DNA from: Podarcis vaucheri
Lineage: Eukaryota
DNA length: 64,000 nucleotides
Assembly: GCA_965113315.1 (NCBI GenBank)
Contig: OZ220365.1
Direction: 5' to 3' (one strand)
The notes below the pieces were generated by a model that saw only the letters and a program-made list of their open reading frames with translations, did no database searches and was not told the DNA's origin. Position numbers and translations under genes: made by a program. Shown here in pieces: positions 11,930 to 25,556 of this stretch; the stretch's first letter is position 1; every line of letters starts with the position of its first letter.

Positions 11930-12188
11930 CTGTATTTTTTGCTCTATAAGACGCACCAGACCACAAGACGCACCTAGTTTTTGGAGGAGGAATACAAGAA
12001 AAAAACCATTCTGAATCTCAGAAGCCAGAACAGCAAGAGGGATCGCTGCGCAGTGAAAGCAACAATCCCTCTTGCTGTTCTGGCCTCTGGGATAGCTGTG
12101 CAGCCTGCATTCGCTCCATAAGAAGCACATACCTTTCTCCTTACTTTTTAGGAGGGAAAAAGTGAGTCTTATAGAGCAAAAAATACGG
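11930..12188. mobile_element. Tc1/mariner (pogo/Tigger-like) non-autonomous DNA transposon
   Basis: TIRs ctgtattttttgctctataagacgcac / gtgagtcttatagagcaaaaaatacgg flanked by TA (11928-11929, 12189-12190); internal palindrome at about 12019-12089. Confidence 0.87.
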
Positions 12189-12190
12189 TA

Positions 12191-12590
12191 TTTTTATTTA
12201 TTGAATTTGTATACTGCAATATACCCGCAGGTCTCAGGGCGATTCACAGGATCACAGTCGGACCGGGATTGGTGTAACATGCTCATACCATCTTGCTCCG
12301 GGGAACAACCTGGCCTCTGAATTCTGCAATAGCTGAAGTTTCCAAACCATCTTCAGAGGCAGCCCTACGTATAACATCTAACCTTAAGGTTACCAGAGCA
12401 TAGACAATAGTAGTTAGGCTATCCCTGTCCAGATAGGGGAATAGCTGGGCCATCTGCTGAAGCTGATGAAAGGCGCTCCATGCCACTGAGGCCACCTGAG
12501 CCTCAAGTGACAGCAAAGGATCCAGGAGTACCTCCAAGCTATGAACCTGCACCTTCAGAGGAAGTGTAACCCTATCAAGAGCTGGCAGGA
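12191..12590 (-). mobile_element. L2-clade LINE fragment
   Basis: LDPLLSLEAQVASVAWSAFHQLQQMAQLFPYLDRDSLTTIVYALVTLRLD. Confidence 0.85.
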
Positions 12591-13489
12591 ACAGGGGACT
12601 CTTATGTACATGGGGATGCAGCTGTAGAGCAGGGGTTGGGAACCTTGGCATCAAGGAAGAAATGTGGCCCTCCAGTACAGCAGTTTAATCAAATGTTTGT
12701 GTGTGTGTGTGTGTGTGTGTTAGTGTTAATGTTGTGATCTGTTGTGGAAGAAGCCCACTGAAGAAGATAACAGTGGTTACCCAAAACCCATTGCTGGTTC
12801 TGAAGGGGCTCCCATAACAATTCAAGCTTCAGGCCCCCAAAATGTAGGTCCGCCACTGACCATAGGCAATGCAATATGGAATACTGGAGAAGGCATGAGT
12901 GATTGTTGTGAAAGAAACCGAGTGACCACAAATTGAAGAGATTTAAGAACTGGGATAAAGCAAGGCTTTAAGATTGCCAGAGGTTGGAGCTGACTGGATG
13001 GAACAGCCTTGATTTTCTCCCTGATTTTTTTTTTTTTTATTCTCAATAGTTGAATACAGTGGATTATTTATGAGCACAGAGGTAGCTCTTTAACCAAGCT
13101 TGCCAAAGGGGTAAACAACTGTCTACAGCTCTGATCTAACCCTTTATTTCATTTAGCAAGAAAATGCTGTGATGTTCCCACCTCCTGGGTTATTAATTTT
13201 AAACTCTATGTTTTAAACAAAGATTGGGCATTGAAATGGAACACAATAGACAGGAAGATGAGAGAAATCCAGCGATGCAGTGTGTGGCCATCAGGCAGCA
13301 ATTTACTTGCAGCTTGAGTGGGGGCAAATTTGCCACACACACCCTCCTTCAGAAGCCTTGAATGGCTTCTCCCAATGGTAGTATAGTATTAGGCACATAG
13401 TAAAGGCACATAGTAAGTGGGAGAGGAATAGGTGCCTGGCTCTTTAAGCCAGAACTGCCCCTTGATTCCTCCTTTGGTTGTTCCGGTAT

Positions 13490-13590
13490 AGCGTGACTGG
13501 GCAAGGCTTCCCCAAAATGGCTTCATGGGCCAAATGGGGAGATCTGGTGGGCCAGCTTTGACCTACGGGCTGCAGGTGCCCCATCCCTGT
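13490..13590. mobile_element. hAT/Charlie-like MITE end
   Basis: Terminal gggctgcaggtgccccatccctg followed by ttctaaag. Confidence 0.5.
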
Positions 13591-13674
13591 TCTAAAGCTT
13601 ATCGGCAAATAATATGATTCCAAAGAAAATGAAACATGCCACCGAAAAGTGTTCCAGTGGTTATTGTGTAATAA

Positions 13675-14112
13675 TAACAATAAATTTATTATTTATATCC
13701 CACCCATCAGGCTGGGTTGCTCTGGCCACTCTGGGCAGCTTCTAAGACATATAAAAACACAATAAATCACCAAACATTAAAAACCTCCCAATACAAAACT
13801 GCTTTCAGATGCCTTCTAAAGGTGATATAGTTCTTTATCTCCTTGACATCAGAGGGGAGGGTGTTTCACAAGAAGGTTGCTACAGCCGAGAAGGCCCTCT
13901 GCCTGGTTCCCTGTAATTTCACTTCTTGCAGAGAGGGAACCACCAGAAGGCCCTCAGAGCTGGACCTCAGTGTATGGGCTGAACAATGGGGATAGAGACG
14001 TTCCTTCAGGTATACTGGGCTGAGGCTGTTTGGGGCTTTAAAGGTCAGCACCAACACTCTGCTCTGAAACATACTGGGAGCCAATGTAGGTCTTTCAGGA
14101 CCAGTGTTATGA
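13675..14112 (-). mobile_element. L2-clade LINE 3' fragment
   Basis: LKDLHWLPV...VLVLTFKAPNSLSPVYLKERL..HTLRSSSEGLLVVP..RQRAFS; homologous to 35238-35605. Confidence 0.88.
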
Positions 14113-15287
14113 GCATAGTTTTGACAAACTTAATTTTTGAATAGGTTGCATGTCTTGGTACACAGCACCTTCTTCTCAAGCTTCTAGTTACATAGCTCAC
14201 ACGCAGAGCACATGTATGGATAGTTTTCATTCATTCATTTTAACATATATAGCCCATCTTTCCTCCAAGGATCTCAAGGTCTCCTTCTCCTCATTTTATC
14301 TTCACAACAATCCCATGGGGTAAGTTAGGCTGAGAGTGAGCGATGTCCAAAAGCCAGAGAAATTAGCCAGGTGATTGTTGAGTGCATTCCAGTCCTGGCA
14401 CCCAAAGAATTGCCGGAACCCTGAATCATTAATAAAATAACTGCTTGAATATGTTGCCATTCATAGGTTTTAACCTCAGCGTACCCAGGTAGCTAAACTG
14501 ATTATGGAAGCTAACTCTGAAATTAATTCTGAGGTAATCTCAATCCTTGTTAGGTGTTTTCTCATTGCAGCAGAGGAAAGGTGCTCTGTACTGAATCAAA
14601 CCCATGGGCTCTCCATGGTTTCAGCCAGGGAACATCCCTAGCCCCACAGGGAGATATCCTCAGGGACTGAACAAACGACCTTTTTACATGCAAGGCAGCT
14701 GCTCTGTCACGGAGCTATTGCCCTCCTGTCACTTTAGCTTGCTATGTCAGATACATTCTCTAATGTCCTCTGAAATAGTCTGAACGCTCAGAACCCTTTG
14801 CTTTTAAGGAGGCCGCATGGGAGACATTTGCCGTATTTGCATGGGGCAAATTTAAGAAAATAAGTCATTAACTTTCTTTATCTGGGTTATTAATTAGGGG
14901 ATGTGAATGGTGGCATTTATAACGATTAAAGAATTCAGAGGAGTGTTGTGACAATTAATTACTGCTTTCCGAGTGTTTCATAGATGTAAAGTGTTATATT
15001 ACTATTAATAACATCAAGATTACGAAGCTTTAAGGGCATCAGATGTTGACCTCTCTTGTTTTACTACAGGGACCTCATTAATCCTGTACCAGTTTATCAC
15101 AGTGATGAATAAATAAAATTGCAGCCTTTTATATGCTTTTGGTGAAATTGCAATTTACCACATAACGTGCCCCACAAGGGACAGAGATATGCTATGAAGT
15201 AAACAGGAGTTGGAAAGCAGAGACTGTGAAATATAAAAGTGAACAATGGCTCAGGGAAAATAGTTATATGTGAAGAAGTTTACCAGC

Positions 15288-15294
<7 letters not shown>

Positions 15295-15341
<47 letters not shown>
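15295..15341. repeat. (TTA)n microsatellite
   Basis: Direct inspection. Confidence 0.96.
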
Positions 15342-15342
<1 letters not shown>

Positions 15343-16974
15343 TTCTGTTCCTTTATAACGTTTGTGTAGCAGGAAGGAATGTCATCTGTGTGTCCAACAA
15401 AGGCACATCTGCTATATTTCTTTTTTCCGTAGAGCTCTTTAAAAGCACAGGTGTGTTCCAGAAACAAGTTGGCTCCTCAGTTGCTGAAATTTCATAAGAA
15501 ATGACTCTCAGTGGCACCCTGGTAGATCCCGTGAAGTCACTTTACAAATGTGTTTTATATGATTTAGTCAGATTTCCAACTTACCAGCCAGCCCTGTAGC
15601 AGGCTGAACCTTAATCGGCAACTTTCATCAACACCCGTCAACAGGTGATAAGATTTATCACCATGCAGTAAGATGTTCACCTTTTAATTCCTAAGTATCA
15701 AGCTGTTGACTGTTAAAGGTGCAGCTATGGGGGCCAATTGATCAGGTTTACCAGCTTTTCAAGCTCCTCACATTTGCTGTGAATTTTGCTCTCAGCCAAA
15801 CTGAGTAACAGTTCCATTGTCTCCTGCTTTTCCAGTGTGTGTGTGTGTGTGTGTGATGCTAAACTAAGATTCAGCACATTTGGTTTAGATCTGTCGTGCC
15901 TGAATATTTGATCCTAATCTGAAATTTGTAAGGGAAAAATCCCATTCCTACCCTTGCTATGAAGGAAGTATGGGGACTGTGTTGTGTTCAGCCCTACATG
16001 AGGTGCAGGTCACACAGGTTGCTGTTGTGGCAGCTGCTGCTGCTGCAGCAACAACAACTGTTATTAATTTGTGTGAGTTTTTTGAGAAATCCAAAAATAG
16101 TGGAAAACATTATCCCAAGCAGCGATTTCAGTGCTGGCAGGAACAGAATGGCCACTGAAAACCTCTTTCACCAAATGTAATTAAGGATGTACCAGTATAG
16201 CCTAAAACTCTGGGTTGCAATCTGACATTCCAGATACTGTATTACATATAAAAAGGTTTTTCATTATCAGTTTTCATTACCGTTAATTCTCTCATTGCCC
16301 TGGAATTTGTTGTATACCTTTTTCACATATATCTGCGGAGGGAAAGTGCATTTGAAGATTTGCACTTCTGGAATATCTGTTCCAATGCCTGTTTCCCCAA
16401 TAAAAAGAATTCAGAAGCAATTCTTCTGGTAAGGATTCTTATATGAAGAACTCCCGAGAAATCATGATGTCTACGTAAATATATGTAACAACATAAGAAG
16501 TGCCTTTTTAAATCACGGAATCCATGTTCCTCAAACTCCGCGCTCTTCTTCTGACACTTCTCTTTTAATGCATGAAGCAAATTGTTCATTTGGCACACTG
16601 TCCATGCTCTGTTGACACTGTCGTTGTAAAAATTTCAATTTCCTGCTTGGTCAGTAGTGTGATTTTGAAGTGCTGGGATATTTTCAACTTGTCCATCATG
16701 AGCTCAACTGGGGGATTTTTAGGTTTTCAGCACAAATGATTTAAAAGAGGCATGACTTGAGAGGACTGTCCATCAGTTGTCTAATGATCAAGAATGTGAC
16801 TGAAATCCAACGGGCTGGCACCAGTGGGAATTATCACAATGTGAAAAGTTAGCTACGTGTCTCTATATTTTCCATATTAGGTTCTAATCTGTGACTTCCA
16901 TTTGACACTAGGTACGCTGAGCTGGTACTGAATTTATTGGGAAATGGACTAATGGTATTTATTTTTGTGCAGAT

Positions 16975-16977
<3 letters not shown>

Positions 16978-17012
<35 letters not shown>
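16978..17012. repeat. (TG)n microsatellite
   Basis: Direct inspection. Confidence 0.96.
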
Positions 17013-17016
<4 letters not shown>

Positions 17017-17606
17017 CACATGCTCTGCTTTAGCAATGATTTAAAACAAAGACATAGTGACAAAGGAAGATTTGAAACCCTTAGGTCAGAACCAACCATT
17101 GGGTCTGGGGTTTTTTCCTCTGTTCTGGCTTGAGAACTTTCCTCCCACAACCATACTAGAGATGTGATCAGTCAACTATATTTAGCCAGAACTAATAAAG
17201 AAAGGAATAGCATAAAAAAACAATATATCCAACAAGTCAAAAAACTCTTCACTCCACCTTAAGTCTAGACATGCTGTGGAAGTCTATGTTGTTTTGTCAA
17301 ACACATGGGAAATCTGGCGGTAGTTATTTTACCTTTAAATAATTAAAGTTTGTGTGTGACCCTTCTGGATTAAGTCTACCCTTGATGGTGATGAAAATAT
17401 AAATATATAAAAATAGAATGCAATGATAGTTTTCTGTATACTTGGGTTTTTTTAAAAAAAGCTTCGGGGTTTGCATGTTGTAACATTGAATGATTATAAA
17501 GATTACAAAGAAATCATGTATTCTTTTCTCACATAAGTATGTTACTTGACTGGTGCCTACCACATTTTCCCTGGTTCTTTTCAGAAGAGGTTCACCAAAA
17601 ACTGCA

Positions 17607-17988
17607 GTAAAAGGTAAAAAAGGTAAAGGACCCCTGGACCATTAAGTCCAGTCAAAGGCAACTATGGCGTGTGGCACTCATCTTCCTTTCAGGTCAAGGG
17701 AGCTAGTGTTTGGCCACAGACAGCTTTCTGGGTCATGTGGCCAGCATGACTAAACCGCTTCTGGTGCAACGGAACACTGTGATGGAAACCAGAGCGCACA
17801 GAAACACTGTTTACCATCCCGCCGCAGTGTTACCTATTTATCTACTTGCACTGGTGTGCTTTCGAACTGCCAGGTTGTCAGGAGCTGGGACAGAGCAATG
17901 GGAATTCACCCTGTTGCAAGGTTTTGAATCACTGACCTTCTGATTGGCAAGCCCAAGAGGGTCAGTGGTTTAGACTACAGCGCCACCC
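17607..17988 (-). mobile_element. Sauria SINE
   Basis: aaaggt tail repeats, tacctatttatctacttgcac core, tRNA-like head. Confidence 0.9.
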
Positions 17989-18204
17989 TAACAATATTCT
18001 TTTTAGTCAAATATCTCCTGTGGTGGGAAAACCACATAACCCTAGAACCTGACATCTAAATGTCTCAAAACAGCTGCATGTGATCATGGCTCGGACCATC
18101 TTACCCTTAATTGCTTGCTATTTTCTATTAACTATCAGAGCAGAATTCTAATACGTTATCATGTCCTTTATTCAAGTTCTAAGTTTCCAAATTTGGCAGG
18201 TGGG

Positions 18205-18370
18205 GAGGCGGAAGGAAGCTGCCTCTTTCAGGGTCACACCATTGGTCCATATATCTTAGTATTATCTACCCTACCTGGCCGCAGTTCTGCAGGATTTCTG
18301 GAGATGGCATCAGGGACTGAACCAGGGACCTTCTGCACGCAAAGGAGATGGCTGAACTGTAGCCCTTCCC
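18205..18370 (-). mobile_element. Degraded tRNA-headed SINE (same family as 39665-39853)
   Basis: gggactgaaccagggaccttctgca B-box region and ggaagctgcct tail. Confidence 0.55.
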
Positions 18371-20754
18371 TGATCAAAAATATATTTTAAAATGCAATCT
18401 GATCCTTTATAAGTCACTAGATCTTACTTTTGAGTAAGCATGCATATGACTGCCACCTTAAGGAATTTTCTCTCTATTATGCAGCTGACCTACAGATAAC
18501 CAAAGCTTATCTAACAGAAAATTAGACATATTTTTATTTTAATGAAAATGTCACTGTGTTTAGCTGCATCAATCTGACATTGAGAGAGGGATAAAGCATG
18601 CTGCAATTTTCTGGATTCTAAAACATCCTTTCCCCTTATATTCTGTAGTTGATTACCTGGTATAAAATGGACGTATGGCCTGCATTGCAAAGAAAGTTAT
18701 CCACTATACTTCAGGGACAGGAAACCTAATTCAGCAGGCATAGAAACTGGTCATATTTCCATATCCGTGGCTGATCAAACTGTCTTTTAGAGGGTGTGCC
18801 TTATATCCTCCTTTAAGAATTATGACTAGACCAAACAGAGAGAAGCAGAAACATCACTAAGATTTTATATTCTAGATTTTCCTTCCACCAACTAAAAGCA
18901 GACTGTCCAAAAATCCACATAATGTAGAAATTACTTCTGGAGAGTTGAATGAGTTACTGTTTGGAGCTGATGTCTTTATTGGGATCATTACGGGGAAGAT
19001 ACATGATGTTATTCTCAGTTTTTTAGTTCTGCAAAAAGCATTCAAATATCAGAGCAAAACAAGTAAATCACACCTCTTTTTTTCTAACTAGAGTATACTT
19101 AGTTACTAAAAATATGGAGAGGCAAGGGATGTGTGAGACTTCCTGGAGGCATTTTGATAGTCTTAGAAAAATCCTTTGGATAGCCCTCCATTTTTGTGAG
19201 TGGGACCCCCCCCCCCCGAATTCACTTTACAGTTAGCTTTTGGTGCTTGGCAGGGAACGTAGTTTGGTTGCAGAATACATTATTTGCATGCAGAATGTAC
19301 TATTAAAACCATGACTGCTCAGTGCAGACTGTTGTAGATGGTCTGACTCTGTCCTTATACAGGCATGGATAAATTCTTGCCCGCAGTCCAAATTAGGCCC
19401 TTTTGGGATCCCAATTTGGGCCCCAAGGCCATTTACCCTCAGCCATGACATCATCTGAAAGGTAGGAGAGTTAGATTAAATGAAGAACACCAACATAAAG
19501 TACAAGACAAGTAAACAACGCTGTCCTTTCTAAGATGGCCCCACATCAGAGTGGCTCATAGGAGACAATGTGTATTTTAAGGCCCACTTTAAAATCTGTG
19601 GTATTGAGGCCATAAACACCTCAGAGGGGGAGTAATTCCAAAATTGGGGGGGGGAGGCAACCATGGAATATGTTGTATCTCCAGTGCTGCCTGCTTCTTT
19701 CCCCTTATGTTCTCTACCAAGTGACATTTCTGGAACTTATTCACATAACACCTAGTACGTAAACATCGGTTTACTTATAAGAAAAATAATTTCCCCCAGA
19801 AAATCATGAAAGCGGGGAAACTCAAAGCACACTGACGTCAGAACTATGTACAATTTCCAGTATTGGAGGCAGTATGCTGTGGATCAAAGCCATGCCATAA
19901 GCCATGATGAGCTATTGCGTATATCTTGTTTGTGGGCTTCCCGCAGGCACCTGGTTGGTCAACTATGGCTGATCCAGCCATGCTCCTACATTCATATTAT
20001 GCCATGCATTAAGGTCAAGAAAAAGACTGTTGTTTTCAGTGGCAGCCATAGTTCTCTTAAAACTGTTTGTTCTGCCCACAGAACTCAATTCGATCCCTTC
20101 ATGTTGGTTATGGTACTCTATAAGCTTGTTATTTTGATAGATTTCCTCCCTCCCTCCCTCTTGTAATAGCTGGCATTGCTGTTAGACTGATGGAGTAACT
20201 TCCAGAATGTGGCATAGTAGGGCATAGTAGTGCAGTGAGACAGTCTAAATAAGAATGCTGTTCCACTGATGAAGGCATTATGTTCAGAGAACAGCTGTTA
20301 AAAACCTTCATTGACTTAGGCATTACACTGAAAGAACCATCAACTTGTTGCTTCTCAACAGTTTATTTTATGCATTTGTGTTGTCACAGGGACTATATTC
20401 GGAGATAACATCCTATAATCAATGACAAAATTCATTGACTTGGCCTAGGAAAAGATTGCTTAGAAGCCTAAATCAAAATCCTAGGGACACATTAAGAGAT
20501 GATTCACACAGCCTTTCTGCAATTGACTAGGTTCCGTTTTTCAGCCTGGTTTAATCTGGGTTAATTTGTGCACATGCAAAGCTCTCTCTGCATAAATTAG
20601 CATCCATGTATTCAATGCAAAGCGTCAAATGGGGTCCTATGCATTGTCCCAGACTCCCATTTCACTGAGTGGAAAATCTGAAGGAGAAACCTATATTTAC
20701 CCAACTCAATGCATGTAGGCTCCTCCTTCCAATTTGAGCACCCAATCATGTAGA

Positions 20755-21002
20755 AGAAGAAGAAGAGTTTGGATTTGATATCCCGCCTTTCACTCCCCTT
20801 CAGGAGTCTCAAAGCGGCTAACATTCTCCTTTCCCTTCCTCCCCCACAACAAACACTCTGTGAGGTGAGTGGGGCTGAGAGACTTCACAGAAGTGTGACT
20901 GGCCCAAGGTCACCCAGCAGCTGCATATGGAGGAGCGGAGACGCGAACCCGGTTTCCCAGATTACATGACTACCGCTCTTAACCACTACACCACACTGGC
21001 TC
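20755..21002 (-). mobile_element. tRNA-headed CORE/MIR-like squamate SINE
   Basis: Head gagagccagtgtggtgtagtggttaagagc, core gctgggtgaccttgggccagtcac, (TTC)n tail, TSD tcatgtaga at 20746-20754 and 21003-21011. Confidence 0.88.
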
Positions 21003-22232
21003 TCATGTAGAGTTCTCAAGCACATGTATACATTAATGGGTGCTCATAGGTCACCCCTTTGAACCTTCCACCCAATGTATGAAGATATTGGGTATGTTGT
21101 CTGGATGTGGGGAAGCTAAATCCCTGAAGTTGCCTAAGGTGGGGTCATTTTCTGAATTCACATCATGAGCATGAACTACGATTTTGCCACTCAGCATGAA
21201 CCTTTTTAAAGTAGATTAAATTAGTGATGTGAGATTTATTCTCAGAATGAATTATTCAGACAACTCACTTGCCGTGTTTGGGATGCAATCTGTGCTGAAA
21301 ACTAAAATGGCCGGTCATGTAACCTGACCCTAAAAATGTTACAAGAGAGCTGTGTGCTGAAAGTGCATTGGTTGACAGATGCCCTTAAGATGCCCTAGAA
21401 GTGGTTTCTGGGAAAAACCTTGACCCCCATGAGAACACTATTATTATTAACCCCTCGTGGATGAGAGTCCCCAGCAAATCATTCTACGATTAGATAGCTG
21501 TTGTAGTAGAAAGTCAGAGGTGTTCCCTGGCTTCCCGTAATAACAGGCACAGACACTTACTGCAAGAACTTAATCATTTATTTTAATATAAAGCACAATG
21601 GAGGCCTAGAGACTGAGACCCAGAGAGCCTGCCATCACAGACAACCACCAGAGACTCTTCTTCCCATGTAGCCTCTGGAAGGCAGGTGGCCTCTCCTATA
21701 GTTATTAAAGTTCACTTTCCACAGGAGTTTCCACAAATCCTTTTGCTGTTCTTCGGTTTGTGTGCACATGTGCATGGATTCCCCTCGATCAATGGACAGC
21801 ACAATGCAGCATGATGGCTATAACTTGAGCAACTGATGCCTTGGGGTGCAATCTCAAACCTAATGCCCTGCAAGGTTTAACATAGTGGAAGAACCACTGT
21901 AAATCAACAGCCCTGCTGAGCATGATGACCAAGGCAGAAGGTTGCAGCCTGGACTGAGGCCATGTGATGGCTGTAGCTTGGGATCCAACAGACCTTGAGT
22001 CAGCTCAGCCCAGCTCACTCTTGGAACACCATATTTGGGGGGTTTCTGCTGGCTGCTGCTGGCAGGGATCACTCCAGCAGCACTTCCACTCAATCATTTG
22101 GCAGATGGAAAGGGAAGTTCCATGCTGGCAGAGTGATGCTGACACCACTAGACAGGCAGAAACCAGCAAAGGTCAACAGGGCTGGGTGAAAGGACACATT
22201 TGCCCAATTAAGCCCACCCTACTCTGTCCAGT

Positions 22233-22583
22233 GGGACGCAGGTGGCACTGTGGGTTAAACCACAGAGCCTAGGGCTTGCCGATCAGAAGGTTGGCTGTTC
22301 AAAACCCTGCAACGGGGTGAGCTCCCGTTGCTCGGTCCCTGCTCCTGCCAACCTAGCAGTTCGAAAGCATGTCAAAGTGCAAGTAGATAAATAGGTACCA
22401 CTCCAGCGGGAAGGTAAACGGCATTTCCATGCGCTGCTCTGGTTCGCCAGAAGCGGCTTAGTCATGCTGGCCACATGACCTGGAAGCTGTATGCCAGCTC
22501 CCTCGGCCAATAAAGCGAGATGAGCGCCGCAACCCCAGAGTCACGACTGGAGCTAATGGTCAGGGGTCCCTTTACCTTACCTT
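22233..22583 (+). mobile_element. Sauria SINE, full length
   Basis: TSD tactctgtccagtg at 22220-22233 and 22584-22597; canonical head and (ACCTTT) tail. Confidence 0.94.
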
Positions 22584-22818
22584 TACTCTGTCCAGTGCAA
22601 GGTGCTTTGCATTTCTCCTAAAATCTGATCTAAATTAAGCCTTTTAGTTACAGACCATCTGTCTCTAACTATAGGAAACTTTAAATGATAAATAAGAAAA
22701 TATTACGTCTGACACAAACGTCAGAAGTAGCACTTCTATTGCATTCTCCTTTTGACCATCAACACAAGCATCATCAGTAGTAGGAACAGTAGCAAATGTT
22801 TCATCAGATACCTGTGAT

Positions 22819-22990
22819 TAGGGGTGCGAACTTAAATAAAATATTGTGGGGCGGGATTAAGCCCTGCCCCCACATAATCAAGCACAGGGCACTGCCCCCA
22901 CAGCAGTTGAATGGAAACTTGGGGAGGGGGGCTCTCAAATATTTTAGTGGGGACTTACTGGACCTCAGCCCCTAGGAGTTGGCTCCTATG
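22819..22990. mobile_element. Short hAT-like non-autonomous element; related copy at about 47145-47303
   Basis: Shared end cagcccctaggagttggctcctatg; imperfect 8-bp TSD cctgtgat/cctgtgac. Confidence 0.55.
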
Positions 22991-25489
22991 CCTGTGACTG
23001 CATTCTTTATGTGTTCAGGCACCTGATTCAGTCAGGATTCAAGGCTCTGATTCAGCCCTCTAAGAGTTTCAGTAACCTAAGCATTACTGAATTATGAGAG
23101 AAACCCCACTGATGTGGGAAATTAGCCCAGGGAGTACAAAGTTGAAAGAAAGCAGCAATATGGAACCCTAGACTCTAGAGCAAGAACAAGTATATCAATC
23201 CTTAGGCTGGAGGTCCACAAAACAGATGCATGTTGTGGATATTACAAATAAATATTGTTCCTGGGATTCTGGCATCAACGGCACTGGTAGTAATAGCTAA
23301 AACTCAGGAAGAATTGCAGTAAGAAATAAAATAAAATAGAAAGTAACAAGGGTCAAAGAAGCAAGGGTTTGTGTTTCATAATTCAGAGAGGGACGTTAGT
23401 GCACAGAGATGTGGTGAATGTGAAAAGAGAGAGGCCTCTTTGGATGCTCATTGATTTACTGAGAGCATTTGTAACCTGCTTTTCAGCCTTGAAGCTTCTC
23501 AGAGTGAATACAACCCTTGCTTACAGGCTTACAATCTAAATGACAAACTTAAAGTTGGGTGGGGAGGAAGTGAAAGGGGAAGCAAACTCGGACACCAGTT
23601 ATTAAAGTTAAAAATAAGTTCTCATAGGGACCAGCTGAAGTGGAAACTCTGGAAAACCAGGGTTCTAAAATTCACAGAAGGACTCCATGGGACACAAATG
23701 GCTCCCTGTTGGAGATATTCACCTTACACAATTTGGAATATGACAGGAAGGCTTGTTCTTGCTGCTCCACCTTACATATTTAATTAACAGTTGAGTATAA
23801 TGCCAGGAGAGGGCACAAAGTTCCTGACCCATCCTTTTAGATTATTAAAATTGGAAGGCGCAATGTGCAAAGGTTATATCTTAAATCCATACATGAGCTA
23901 GTATAAAACAATCAACTCGCAGAACAATGCTTAGGGAATGTAAATAAGAAGCAAGCTTGCCGAGGGAAAAGTGAAAGCAATTCTGTACATAGTCCAGTGT
24001 TGACAGGAATGCTTTTTATTATTAATATAATGTAATTTACATATTAACAAGAAAATTCTTGCACTCCTCAGAAATGAATTAATGACAGGGACTCCAGATA
24101 TTCAACTCATGGCCCCCGCCAGATTCTTTCAGCATCTGTGTATCTTTCAGAAACACAGAATCTTATTTCACAGAGAATAGCTAGTACTCATCAAGAGCAA
24201 ACTTCTATGTCCAGGATATTTCTGGTTTTTTCCTACCAGAAATTTGTGTGTTTTCTCACACAGTCAATTCACCACCTCTGTGTAGGATGAACTCTTTTTC
24301 AGAAGCTCTGTGCTACTCTCCTGATAACAAGCAGTATCACAAGACAAAAAGTCGACTTGGGTGATAAGAAATAGCAATGAGGTTTCATCCATTTCTGGTG
24401 CTTTTCGATATGGAAAATGTTTCATTAGTTTTCCTGATAATAACTTTTTGCACTTCTGTCTCATTTTCTTATGCTCCTTCCACACTGCAGTACCTGTTGT
24501 GCTATGGAACTGTGGCTTTTTGACTGATGAGACTGCTAAATTTCATTCACACCAGTGGGAACAGTGCGACCTCACAACTAACGTCATTGAACAACTGTGC
24601 TGCTCCTCTACCTGAACTGCACATGCTTACTTCTGTTTCTCCAGGATCCAGCCATGAAAATGGCAGGAAACAATGGCATGCCAGTCTACCAGCTCAATTT
24701 TCATCACTTTGCTCCTATGATTTTCTGGGTTAATGGAGTTGCAAACAGATTATTATTTTTTTCTGGAGCCAATTCACATGGAAATCAGTGCTAAGCTTCC
24801 CCTATATTCCAGTAGATTTCTGGCTGTTGCTTTTACATGTGAGAGCTCACATCTAATGCAGAAATTAGCATGTGAATGCAACCCGCATTCAAGAAAGCTC
24901 CAGGTTTCATCTTTTCCTCAGTCTTTCCTGATGGGCTTTGGCTGGGTTTCGGCCAGGATGTGGGGCATTTAAATCAAGTGGTCACAGGCCTTTTATATCA
25001 AATGTGGATATGAATCCATAACCACAGACAGCACATGGTTCTCAGCAGTCTTATCTGTAGCTCTGCTAGGAATGGTAGCAGAAACATTTTTATGCAGTTT
25101 CAGGGTTCTTGGCCATCTTTAGCTATCTGTCCATGCTATCAACAGATGCTTAATAATACATGCTTATAAATATTCTATGCTGCAGATACCCCGCTAAACC
25201 TGCAGAAAGAATGCTAAATCTTGGAAACCAGTTAGTAAATTAATTCTGTTGAACAGGGACAGGGATATGATCTTCATATTTCTGGCTAATATATGTTGTG
25301 CACTGGCAAAGCAATGGCTGATTATTATGATTTTTTAAATAAGAAGGTGTAACAACATATTTAGATGCACACAGGTCTGTAAGCTGTGCTGGTTGGCTGT
25401 AGCTGCGCTGAGAGAGCATCCAAAAATAAAGTCCTGAGGGGAGGGGGAGGGATCAGTTATAAACACTCTTTAGCTGGATCCCGTAATAA

Positions 25490-25556
25490 CTGCATTGCAG
25501 AGGGTTGGACTAGATGACCCTTGGTATTCCTTCCTGCTCTGCAAATCTATGATTCA
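25490..25556 (+). mobile_element. CR1 LINE 3' tail
   Basis: gggttggactagatgaccctt...ccttcc..ctct...tctatgattc. Confidence 0.75.

Noticed and set aside
12742-12936. WNTGEGMSDCC resembling the PLAC8/cornifelin W.TG..DC motif
   Set aside because: Spacing is wrong, the following Cys-rich motif is missing and there are no convincing splice sites.
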